Source: Vitrella brassicaformis CCMP3155
Taxonomy: Eukaryota; Protista; Chromerida
DNA length: 64,000 nt
Direction of reading: 5' to 3'
NCBI GenBank assembly: GCA_001179505.1
Contig: CDMY01000322.1
Location: forward strand, 1 to 64,000
Below the pieces are notes generated by a model. It did no database searches. It saw only the letters and a list, made by a program, of their open reading frames with translations, and was not told the origin of the DNA. Below are positions 14,372 through 25,476 of this stretch, piece after piece. Both the position numbers and the translations under genes were made by a program. Numbering within the stretch: position 1 is the first letter of the stretch; each line of letters begins with the position of its first letter.

Positions 14372-15707
14372 ATGCCGGCCATGCCGGAGGAGATCTTCGG
14401 CCTGGACGCTGCCCTGCTGATGGGCCTGGTGACCATCATAGTCACTGAGTGCCCACGCGCCGCGGTAAGCTGCATGCATGGGCTCTTCTTCTGTATTGGA
14501 TGCTTTTGCCATTGCAGACCGCCAGCCAGTGGCTGTGGGGCGGTCTCTGGAAAAGCGTCAAGTATGCGGCACACATGCGGTAAGTACCTAAAGCAGGACG
14601 GCTGCAACACTTACAAATTGCATGGCATTCCTTCGTGTGGCCCTCTCCGTTGCCTTTCAGTAAGTCCATCACCCCGAGGTCCATCGCCGACACCATCACG
14701 GCGGCCATCACGATGTATGCCGCGGGCAGCATCGTTCTGGACGCCTTCAGCGGCGTGGGAGGCCAGAGTGTCTCCCTCGCCGTGGCAGGGCTGACGGTGT
14801 TTGCATGCGACATCAACCAAACCAATGTCGACCACACCATGCACAACGCCCGCGTCCACGGTAAGCGGGAGAAGCGGCGGCTCCTCTTGATCAGAATGCA
14901 CTCATTGAGTTGCTGTCGCTCTGAATGCAGGTGTGGCTGAGAGGCTCCGGATGGTGTGCGGCGATTACTTCGCCCGCATCGCCGGCCTCGCCGCCAAGTG
15001 GATTCCCATCGGCAGGAAATTCGGCGCCATTCACGTCGACATGCCCTGGGGGAAGGCCTATGAAGAGGAGATATACCCACTCCACCGCATGGGCGACGGC
15101 ACACTGGTCCGCACTGCACTAATCTAATGGATGACAAACATGCATTTCTCATTTCCTTTATGGCGTGTTGGTGTCTGTGGCTTCACTGCAGAGTGCCTAT
15201 GATGTGTTGGAGGCGGTGGCGCCGCTGAGTGACAGCTTCGTGTTCAAATGCCCCCGAAATGTGGCCATCAGGGATGCCGTACGTCAGACGTCATTCGTGT
15301 GTGTGGATGGATGGATGGATGGATTGTTCCTCTGTGTGCCCTTGGTGCCTGCAGGTCAAATTGGCCTATCATGTGCAGTCCATCAAGGGCGGCGCGTCCA
15401 CACACACTGTCGCCATGCCGCTGGTAGAGGTATTCGTCAGCGGAGATAAGACCGTCATGGCGGTCATCTATATCGGCGACATCGCCGCTAAGTAAGACAG
15501 ACACAGACACAGACACAGAGACGCAACATCATGGACCATCTATGTGTGTGTGTGTGTGTGTGCAGGCGGCTGGAGGACATCGCGCCCCCTGCCCGTGTGG
15601 TGGACCTCACGCACAAGCGGTGGACAATCGAGCAGTGTGCCAAGAGTATGCTGTCTCGCGGCAAGCGGGTGGGCTGCGCTAACGTGGCCTTCGCCCCCTT
15701 CGCATAA
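14372..15707 (+). CDS. Trimethylguanosine synthase (TGS1)-like RNA cap guanine-N2 methyltransferase
   Basis: SITPRSIA; SAM motif VLDAFSGVGGQ; DINQ..HNARVHGVAERL..CGDY; DMPWG; FKCPRN. The order matches the Tgs1 catalytic domain. Last exon 15566-15707 joins in phase and ends in TAA. Confidence 0.8.
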
Positions 15708-16373
15708 GTAACGTCCAACGCGCCACGCCAAACGAGCGGCGACGCGACGAGACACTCCGTCGGCCGGTAGCGAGCGCGTCAACAGACAGGAGCGCATGCA
15801 TGTATCCGTGTGTGTGAAGGATTGGATTTTTCTGAATCGTCTCATGGGAGAAACAAGCATTTCTGTCGAAAGCATGAACGCACATGTCAAGTTGGCCGAG
15901 CCTGCACCATTTCTTCTGCACCGCCTGAGTTAGAATCCTTTCTGCACACACAAATTTCTTCTTCTGCACACACATGTCAAGTGCACCCATGTCAAGGTGC
16001 ACACATGTGCACTCACTTGAAATGCATGCTTGACCTGGGACGATAAGTGAGTGCATTGATTGATTCGCTTATGTCCCTGCCTGTATGTGATGTGTAGTCC
16101 GTTCAACTGGGCCAGGCACACACACTCAGACAGCCACTGATGATGATCGAGAAGCGGACAACGAGGGGGGGAGGAGACGACATCACGGCATCCATTCATC
16201 CATCAGCTGCTGACTGAAGATCCTCCTCGTGCCGATGTGCATAGAGGGAGGGAGCTGGCGATTTGTGATTCGTGCATGTGTGGATGTATTGTGGCCTGTG
16301 TGTATCAAATATGCACCATGGGGGGGAGGGGGAGGGAATCGACATCATGATTGTTCACACGACAATTCGCGTG

Positions 16374-16933
16374 CAGACATACGATGGATGCTGCAGATAT
16401 TGCACTGTGTCCCAAGGTGAGCGGGTACGAGCATTGCATCCTCAAGACGTATCCACCTTTTGGCCCCCGGCGAAGCCAGGTCAACAAAAACAAAAGAGGA
16501 GTAGTACTGCCCCTTCCCTGCAACTGGTGGGACAGAGCCAATCTTCACGTGCGATCCCGTGGACACGCACACTGTCTCCATCCGCGTGTGTGTCTGTAGC
16601 CGCTACTACTCGGGCGATCGCACCGAGCAGACGTCGGGAGAGAGGATGGCATGTGCGAGGAATACCTGGATCTTTGAATCGTAATTACATATGTAGTCAG
16701 ATCTGTCGACGACACAGGCAGCTGGAAGGAAGGATTCGCCTGTTGTGCAACCCACCTTATCTATACATGCCTCCACTCCGTGTGGCCTTCCAACATCCAA
16801 GGCTATCTCAGCTCGCATCTACCCATAACGGCCGAAACCGTTGGGGACAGTAGGACACATGTTCTCTCGTCTGTGTTGGTAAGAGCACATGTTGCCCATC
16901 AGTGCAATATCTGCAGCATCCATCGTATGTCTG
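16374..16933. repeat. Perfect 34-bp inverted repeat pair flanking about 490 bp (possible MITE remnant)
   Basis: 16374-16407 cagacatacgatggatgctgcagatattgcactg is the exact reverse complement of 16900-16933. No target-site duplication seen. Confidence 0.85.
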
Positions 16934-17562
16934 TCCTATCTGCACAATGTGCAGACCACGAACCTTCGTGGCAGATATTGCGAACCTTCGTTTCGTGTTA
17001 TACTTTCTTCTCTTTCTGTGTGGGTGTGTGAGGGGCCGGCCGTGGCTCATGGATGGACGGATGGATGGATGGACGGGCAACTAGCTGGATAAACTATGCG
17101 ATAAACCAAGCCACAATGTCTCATCGAGTGTGTCACATCTTTCTCTCTGTCGCGCGTGCGTGTGCGTCGATGACGGACGATGAAGACGCCTGAGATGGCA
17201 GCGACCAGCAGTCTCGGCAGCTGCCGGCCGCATCCATCTCAGGCACCTCCTGGGTTCGCCATCGAGAACACTGTCTGCACATCCTCCCCTCCGTCTCTCT
17301 CCGTCCATCGAGAGTGTCTCATTTCTTGTCTCGTTCTGTGTGCGTATGTGCTGACGACGGACAACGACGCCCCCGGTGACCTCAACAGTCAGCAGTCTAG
17401 CAACTGCTGACTGCAGATGTCTCCGCGTCGTCTATTGACCGTCATCAGCACATTCGCACATCGACCACTGAAGCCAAGCCAACAGGACCATCTCAGACAT
17501 GCAGACCATAAACAGACCCCAGGATTCCTTCTGCTTCGACACTCGGGCCAGGGCCAGGTCAG

Positions 17563-19610
17563 TCATCCGAGTGTCATCTGCCGCTTCTTGAGGTTGATGC
17601 CCCTCAGCCGCCGGTTCAGCTCGTCATACCGCTGCTTCACCGTCGACTGCTTCGTCTGCACACACAGCAACACACCAGATCCATCCATCCGTCCATCCAG
17701 GCCCTCTTTTGTCTTTTCTGCCTACCTCCAGCCGCGGCAGCTCTTCGTTGAGTCTCTTCTTGGCGGCCTGGAGGTCCTCATGCACACGACCGGGGTCACT
17801 GCGAAGAAAGATGTGACCCACCTACGCACACACACACACACACACACATCCACATAAACACTTCCACTCGTTGGGTCAGCTCATCGACGTGTGTGTTCCA
17901 TCCATCCATCCATCCATCCATCCATCCGCCCACACCTGCTTGTAGACAGGCCTCTCGCCGGGTCGTGTCGGCGCGTGCTCTGCCGGCACTGAGGGGCTGC
18001 GCTGCCATGTCAGCTCCTGCAGCGTCGCCTCGGCCTTGCGCAGAGACCTGCACACACACCGCAACAGAACAACAAGCATTCCATTCCACGAGGACTGAAG
18101 TCATTGCAATGCATTGTGCTCACAGCTGGTGTTGCCTTAGTGCCTGGTCGGCGGCCTCAAGCTGTGACGTCAGCTCGGCGAAACGCACGTGGAGATCTTG
18201 CAGCTGCAAATGGACACACACACACACACACACACACACGTACGGCTGCATGGGCGCGTTGTTGGGGTTGGAAGCCACTGACCTCTTCCTTTGAGGGTAT
18301 GACGACATCGGCCAGCTCCTCTGAGGTGATCTCGAAAGAGCCCTTGTCCTTCGACTCGCCGGCCGACTCGGCCTCCTGAGCCTGCACAACACACACGCAA
18401 GCACCGTCGTGGGCTGTGTCACTTGTGTGTGATGGCCCTTCTCTCTCTCTGTCACACCTTGATTCGGCTTTCCCTCAGGCGCATGAGCTTGTCGTTGGCG
18501 TGTTGGTGCAGTTTGAGGAGGTCCTGGTGCTCGGCGTCCATCCGCAGGCCGCTCTCGCAGAAGTCCACCGCCTGCTTGTAGAGATCCAGACCCAGGCTGC
18601 TCCGAGCGCCACGCCAGTAACTGCAGTGCAGTGGGTGGACGCGTGGCGTGTAGTATCACATCACATGCACAGGTCGGTCGACAGACAGGAGTGCAGGTGT
18701 GCACTGCATCTGGTCTGTCCCCTCACGCTTTGATGTTGGTCGGGTCGAGTGAAATGGACCGTTTGCAGTCCTCAACGCTCGCCACATACTCGCCTGCACA
18801 CACACACACACACACACGCACACACGAAAACATGCATGCAGCCACGAGCAACTACAAGCGCCGCCCTCTCCCNNNNNNNNNNNNNNNNNNNNNNNNNNNN
18901 NNNNNNNNNNNNNNNNNNNNNNNNNNNNNNNNNNNNNNNNNNNNNNNNNNNNNNNNNNNNNNNNNNNNNNNNNNNNNNNNNNNNNNNNNNNNNNNNNNNN
19001 NNNNNNNNNNNNNNNNNNNNNNNNNNNNNNNNNNNNNNNNNNNNNNNNNNNNNNNNNNNNNNNNNNNNNNNNNNNNNNNNNNNNNNNNNNNNNNNNNNNN
19101 NNNNNNNNNNNNNNNNNNNNNNNNNNNNNNNNNNNNNNNNNNNNNNNNNNNNNNNNNNNNNNNNNNNNNNNNCCCTCCCTCCCTCCCTCCAGGCACTCCC
19201 CACCTCTCTGAAACTGCACCGCCGCCCGGTTGCTCATGAGCACAGAGGCCAGCTTGACCCGCCGGGTGGCCGTGTCGCTGCCCTCGCCGCGCATCACCTT
19301 GTCGGCCTGGCCCAGGTCGCTGGCGTAGTGCTCGGTGAGCATGCGTATGGCCTTGGTGTAGCAGTCGACGGCGGCCTGCAGCCCCGGCGGCCCGCCCTTC
19401 TTGAAGGCCGCATTCCCCTGCTCCTTCAGACTCTCTGCCAGCCGCTCGTACGAGTCATCCTGATGACGCACAGACGATTGAATGGCCTCAACACAGCTTC
19501 TGCGCGTCACGATCTGTGCAGGGGATGGTGTGTGATCTCACCACGTCCACTGCGTTGGGCTTGGTCGTGCCGTCGTCGAAGAGCGGCGTCACAGACGGAC
19601 CTTCGCTCAT
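17563..19610 (-). CDS. TPR protein (TTC4/Cns1-like) with C-terminal prefoldin-beta-like coiled-coil domain
   Basis: SLKEQGNAAFKK..AVDCYTKAI..LMSNRAAVQ; EDCKRSISLDPTNIKAYWRGA. In-phase exons continue to ERPVYKQVGHIFLRSD..LQAAKKRLNEELPRLE. One intron contains a 300-N gap. Confidence 0.8.
18873..19172. other. Assembly gap 1 (300 N)
   Basis: Run of N inside a (CCCT)n-rich intron. Confidence 0.99.
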
Positions 19611-19864
19611 CTCTACGTCGCCCTCGCACACCACACCACCATTGTTTGACGTCGGTTTGTTCCCTCTTCCACCTCGAGATGAGCGAGCTTTGAGCTTGCG
19701 CCACTTCTTCTTCAAGAACAAGTCTTCTCGCTCACTCTGAGCTTAGGGCGACGCAGGAGCCACGCAGACGGGTACCTCTGTCGATATTCGTCGATTGTGA
19801 GAATCGGCACTCATCCGATCTGCCGCTGCTATACCTCTCTCGCCGGCAGATCATCACATCCGCC

Positions 19865-20843
19865 GTGAAGTGCCCGTCGGCCACCACCACGGCCACAGCA
19901 GACAGCCTCGACAAGCCAGCAGAGGAGATGAGCGGCCGGCCGATGCTGCTCAATGTGGGCGGCTTCGTCGTGGCGTTCCCTCGGGATGTGCTGCTGTGCG
20001 AGGGGCTGCGGGACACCTGCCTGGCGGTGCTGCTGAACCGCTTCGACAGCTGGATGATCACAGACGACAATCGCATTCACTTCATTGACGCCGACCCCTT
20101 CTACTTCATCTGGTGAGGGGGAGGGAGGGAAGCAACACGATGGCTGACAGGCAGCAGCACTCGCCGTGTGTGTGTTCAGGTTGACTGTGAAGCTTCGGCA
20201 CCTGAGCTGCAGCCGCATCGACGTGAGTGAGATCATCGAGGGCTGCCCCGCACTGGCCTTCTACCACGACCGATTCTTCGCCAAGACGGCCGTCACCATC
20301 GAGCCGCAACACGGTGACCACGACAGCGAGGCGTTCCGGGGCTTCATGGCCGTCATGGGGCCCTTCATCAGCTCATCGGTGGCGGGCGGGACGGGCGGCA
20401 GTGAGGTGCTGAGTGTGCNNNNNNNNNNNNNNNNNNNNNNNNNNNNNNNNNNNNNNNNNNNNNNNNNNNNNNNNNNNNNNNNNNNNNNNNNNNNNNNNNN
20501 NNNNNNNNNNNNNNNNNNNNNNNNNNNNNNNNNNNNNNNNNNNNNNNNNNNNNNNNNNNNNNNNNNNNNNNNNNNNNNNNNNNNNNNNNNNNNNNNNNNN
20601 NNNNNNNNNNNNNNNNNNNNNNNNNNNNNNNNNNNNNNNNNNNNNNNNNNNNNNNNNNNNNNNNNNNNNNNNNNNNNNNNNNNNNNNNNNNNNNNNNNNN
20701 NNNNNNNNNNNNNNNNNNTGTGGCGGATGGCGGTGTGGTGGCCACGACCGACGCGACGCTGGCCGACTACAGCATACTGCACGACCGATTCATCAAGTAG
20801 GTCGACAGGCGGAGATGAGATGGCGTGGCGGTCATCTTGGCAC

Positions 20844-20880
<37 letters not shown>

Positions 20881-22472
20881 GTATGGGCCCGTCGCGAATG
20901 TGTCGGCAGACACCTTCCACAAGTAACACACCACAGCAGCAGCCAGGCGGCACACGAAATCTCCATGTGTGTGTGGTGTGTGCAGGGTGGTGGATTACGT
21001 CCGCCGCATTCGGTTGGCCCCCGACGCCGCCACGCCGCTGCCGACGAGCAGTTGACCTGACGAGCTGCTGTATGCCTGTGACATGTACGGCCTCATGGAG
21101 CGGGTGTACCTCTCGATGATCGGCAAATCGCACAGCCACATCAAATGCCTCTTCAAGTGAGTCACAACACACATCAGAGGGGCGCAGGAGGGAGATGCCA
21201 TGTGTTGATTTGGATGCCTTTGTGTGTCAGGAGTTCGTCTGACGGTGGAGAGTTTGGCACTCTGGTAGAGCGAGTGGCGGGTGTGAGCGGCCTGCTGTTC
21301 GTCATCCAGGACGACAAGCAGCACACCATCGCCTGCCACATCGACGGGCCCCTCATCTCCCCGGTTGGGCCCACATCAGCACTGACCATCGGCTGCCCCG
21401 TGACCTTCTACTCCATCAGTGGGCCATTTGAGGAGGGCGGCATCGCCAAGATCACCCCGCCGCACTACTGGCAGCGTGTGGATGTCGCCGGCGTAGGGGG
21501 GGGGGTGCTGGGCAGCAAGGGCCTCGGCGGCAAGGTGTGCATCGGTGGCGGCCGCCTGTGGCTGGGGTATGGGGAGAGGATGCACGGCCGTCTGTGGCTG
21601 GGGTATGGGGATGATGGGCGGCCGGCTGGCGACCTGCGCAGCTGTCTCCAGTGGGTGTGGAGAGATGAGCTGCCCGACGACAAGTCATACGTGGGCAGCA
21701 TCAGCGAGCAGAGACGGACCACGTTAGCCGCCGGCATCGCCAAGATCGACGTGCCGCATGGCGAGCAGTGCGTGCAGGTCGCCGGCGCAGAGGGGGTGGT
21801 GAAGGACCGCAATGGAGCGACGCCTGGCAAGGTAGCCATCGGTGGCGGCCGTCTGTGGCCGGGGATGGGCAAGGGGCGGCCGGCTGGCGACCTCCACCGC
21901 TGCTGTCAGTTTGTGGAGGGGAGTGAGCTGCCCGACGACAAGACGTACGTGGGTGACATCGAAGCGGAGGGAGTGGCCACCCTTGCTGCCAGACACTGGT
22001 TCACCGCCCAGCGACTTGAGGTGTACCAGGTCAGACCGACACGTCAAGTGGACGGACGTCATCATGTCGATGTGACGTGTGTGTCCATGTGTCGATGTGT
22101 GTGTCTGTTTAGGTGTGGAGCACTCTCCCGGCTGACCCCATCCTCCCCGCTGATGACCTGCAGGCCCTCATCGACATGACACGCGGCGTTGGGATGACCG
22201 CCCAGCTGCTCCACAAGTGGGTCAGCCAGTGATTAGCGTCGAAGCTGTCGTATCAGCATGGCACTGTGTATCTCTCTCCTGTCTGTCCGGCTGTGTCAGG
22301 GGCGAGCGTGACGGCTGGGCAAACGAGACGATGCTGGCCAAGGCGGGCGGGGCGGCCGACCTGCTGCTGGTGGCCAAGGACACCGGCAGCCACACATTCG
22401 CCACCCACATCGAGGGACGGCTCAAGCAGCCAGCCGACCCCTTTGACATTAAGACGACATGCTGCCCCGTGA
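19865..22472 (+). CDS. BTB-BTB-TLDc-TLDc family gene, copy 1 (interrupted by gap 2, 3' part cut by gap 3)
   Basis: KCTD-type BTB MLLNVGG..FIDADPFYF; second BTB-like unit EVLSVRVADGGVVATTDATL..FHKVVDYVRRIR; TLDc-like units CLFK-SSSDG..HTIACHIDG..FTAQRLEVYQV and LLHK-GERDGW..HTFATHIEG. Confidence 0.8.
20419..20718. other. Assembly gap 2 (300 N)
   Basis: Run of N inside BTB exon 2. Confidence 0.99.
21523..22472 (+). repeat. 950-bp segment identical to 37549-38498
   Basis: Same sequence and identical six-frame ORF translations at a constant offset of 16026 bp. Both copies abut N gaps. Confidence 0.92.
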
Positions 22473-22772
22473 NNNNNNNNNNNNNNNNNNNNNNNNNNNN
22501 NNNNNNNNNNNNNNNNNNNNNNNNNNNNNNNNNNNNNNNNNNNNNNNNNNNNNNNNNNNNNNNNNNNNNNNNNNNNNNNNNNNNNNNNNNNNNNNNNNNN
22601 NNNNNNNNNNNNNNNNNNNNNNNNNNNNNNNNNNNNNNNNNNNNNNNNNNNNNNNNNNNNNNNNNNNNNNNNNNNNNNNNNNNNNNNNNNNNNNNNNNNN
22701 NNNNNNNNNNNNNNNNNNNNNNNNNNNNNNNNNNNNNNNNNNNNNNNNNNNNNNNNNNNNNNNNNNNNNNNN
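22473..22772. other. Assembly gap 3 (300 N)
   Basis: Run of N between BTB-TLDc copies 1 and 2. Confidence 0.99.
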
Positions 22773-24528
22773 GCAGACACCTTCCACAAGTAACCCACCA
22801 CAGCAGCAGCCAGGCGGCACACAAAATCTCCATGTGTGTGTGGTGTGTGCAGGGTGGTGGATTACGTCCGTCGCATTCGGTTGGCCTCCGACGCCGCCAC
22901 GCCGCTGCCGACGAGCAGTTCACCCGACGAGCTGCTGTATGCCTGTGACATGTACGGCCTCATGGAGCGGGTGTACCTCTCGACGATCGGCAAATCGCAC
23001 AGCCACATCAAATGCCTCTTCAAGTGAGTCACAACACACAACAGAGGGGCGCGGGAGGGAGATGCCATGTGTTGATTTGGATGCCTTTGTGTGTCAGGAG
23101 TTCGTCTGACGGTGGAGAGTTTGGCACTCTGGTAGAGCGAGTGGCGGGTGTGAGCGGCCTGCTGTTCGTCATCCAGGACGACAAGCAGCACACCATCGCC
23201 TGCCACATCGACGGGCCCCTCATCCCCCCGGCTGACCCCACATCAGCGCTGGGCAGCGGCTGCCCCGTGACCTTCTACTCCGTCAGTGGGCCATTCGAGG
23301 AGGGCGGCATCGCCAGGATCACCGTGCCACACCACTGGCAGTGGGTGGAGGTCGCCGGCACCGAGGGGACGTTGAACGCCGACAATGGAGTGACGGCTGG
23401 CAAGGTGTGCATCGGTGGCGGCCGCCTGTGGCTGGGCTATGGGAGGCGTGGGCGGCCGGCTGGCGACCTCCGCCTTTGCCATCAGTGGTTGTGGAGAGAT
23501 GAGCTGCCCGACGACAAGACGTACGTGGGGACCTTCGACGAGGAGGGATGCGCCACGTTAGCCTCCAGCGACTATTTCACAGCCCAGCGACTCGAGGTGT
23601 ACCAGGTCAGACCGACAAAGTAGATGGCATCACGTGGTTGTGATAAATGAGTGTGTGTCTGTTTAGGTGTGGAGCACTCTCCCGGCAGACCCCATCCTCC
23701 CCGCCGATGACCTGCAGGCGCTTATCGACACGACACGCCACATAGGGATGACCGCACAGCTGCTCTACAAGTGATGAGGCATTGATGAGCTGGGGGCCGT
23801 GGTCGCATAATCGTGTTATTTCCCTTGTGTGTGCGTGCGTGTGTGCGTGTGTGTCAGGGGTGAGCGTGACGGCTGGGCGCACGAGACCATGTTGGCCAAG
23901 GTGGGCGAGGCGGCCGATCTGCTGCTGGTGGCCAAGGACACCGGCAGCCATACCTTCGCCTGTCACATCGAGGGACAGCTCAAGCAGCCCGCCGACCCCA
24001 CTGGAGTGGCGGCAGTACGCTGCGCCGTGACCTTCTGCTCCATCAGCGGCGCATTCATCGAGGGCGGCATCACCAAGATCACCGTGCCACATGACGAGCA
24101 GCATGTGCAAGTCGCTGGCACAGAGGGGGCGGTGATGGCCAGCAACACGGGCGTGGCCGGCAAGGTAGCCATCGCTGCCGGCCGGCTGTGGCTGGGTTAC
24201 GGGGAGGATGAGCGGCCGCCTGGCGACCTCCGCAGCTGCCATCAGTGGGTGTGGAGAGATGAGCTGCCCGACGACAAGACACACGTGGGCAAGGTGAGCG
24301 AGCAGGGACGGGCCACCCTGGCCGCCAGCCTCTTCTTCACGTGTGTCGATTTGGAGATCTACACGCTGCAGGTCAGCACAGAAGGGCCAGGGAGAGGACG
24401 GGGGCATATATTAGTGTTTTGCCCGTGGTGATTGTGCTGTGCTGTTTCTGTCTGTGTGTGTTCAGGTGCCGGATGGCTGGCAGTGGCTGAGTGCGGTCGC
24501 GGACATCATGCTCTCACAATCGACGTGA
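22773..24528 (+). CDS. BTB-BTB-TLDc-TLDc family gene, copy 2 (5' part lost in gap 3)
   Basis: Exons VVDYVRRIRL..KCLFK, TLDc-A (~23098-23590), linker VWSTLPADPILP, TLDc-B (~23858-24372), last exon VPDGWQWLSAVADIMLSQST-TGA at 24526-24528. Confidence 0.82.
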
Positions 24529-25476
24529 GAGCTGTCTGTCGAGGGGCGGAGGGAGCGGGGAGAGTAGCCAGTGAGTGCGTTGGGATGGTCGGCACGTGCG
24601 GGACATCAGATTTTGCCATCGCTTATAATTATGCTCGCGTGTGTCCATACTGTCCGTCCTCTGTATGTATTTGTCTATCGTCTGTCTAGTGTGGGCATAC
24701 ATATCGGCGGACATATCTGCAGTGAACGTGACTGAATGCATGTCACGCTGCGTGTCTTTTATCGCCTCGTGTGCTACGTGTCATCATGTATTTGTCGCCA
24801 TCTTCTTCCTTGGTCCACTCTCCCATCTGGGTCACGGATGTGGTCTCTCCCATCTGGTGCATCTGATGCATAGATATGTCCCGACTCCATCCCGTCTCAC
24901 GAGGCTGCGATGAATCGTTCTCCTCCATCATCCGAACTGTGCGTTGAGAGAGATCAAGTTTGAACGCTTCTTCGTCGCCCCACGACAGCATATATATTTG
25001 TGGCTTGATGATCCATCCATCCGTCCATTCCTCCATCCGTGAAGCCACAGTCCGATGTCTGCCTATGCACTGCAGGCCATCGATGGCTGCAGCTGTGTCA
25101 GTCAGCAATGCCACGCAGAGAGAGTCACATGCAGAAGACATGACGACACCCTCTGCCCTCATCGCAACACTCCACCTCTCTGTCTGTCTGGCCCTCTGTC
25201 CCTGTCTGGCCCTCTTTCTGGCTCCTCGCACCAGCCGCCTCGGTGGCCGAGCTTGTGGCCGAGTGCCGCTCCCTTCGTGCCAATCGTCCGCAGGGCCGTG
25301 TGGCTTGCTGTTAGCAGCTGCATGTGACTTCGTCCGTGTCGGACCTCCTCTCTTGCAAGACCCATCCAAGAGAGGGAGAGGAGAGGAAAAGTGAGAGCCG
25401 GGGGGGCCAAGACGGGCCGTTTCGATCCTCGCCAAAGCTCGCCGAAAGGGAAAGATGGTTTGATGGGCGATGACAG

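Noticed and set aside
18631-23109. ORF-track entries containing long X runs
   Set aside because: Artefacts of translating through 300-N gaps.
21230-24372. Diversity-generating retroelement explanation for TLDc hypervariability
   Set aside because: No reverse transcriptase or invariant template repeat in the window. Differences include indels and all base types rather than adenine-specific changes.
19771-24780. Helitron or TIR transposon carrying the BTB-TLDc gene
   Set aside because: No Rep/helicase or transposase, no shared terminal inverted repeats or TSD. CTAG motifs in the 3' region lie inside the homologous stretch, not at its end. Cannot be fully excluded without more copies.
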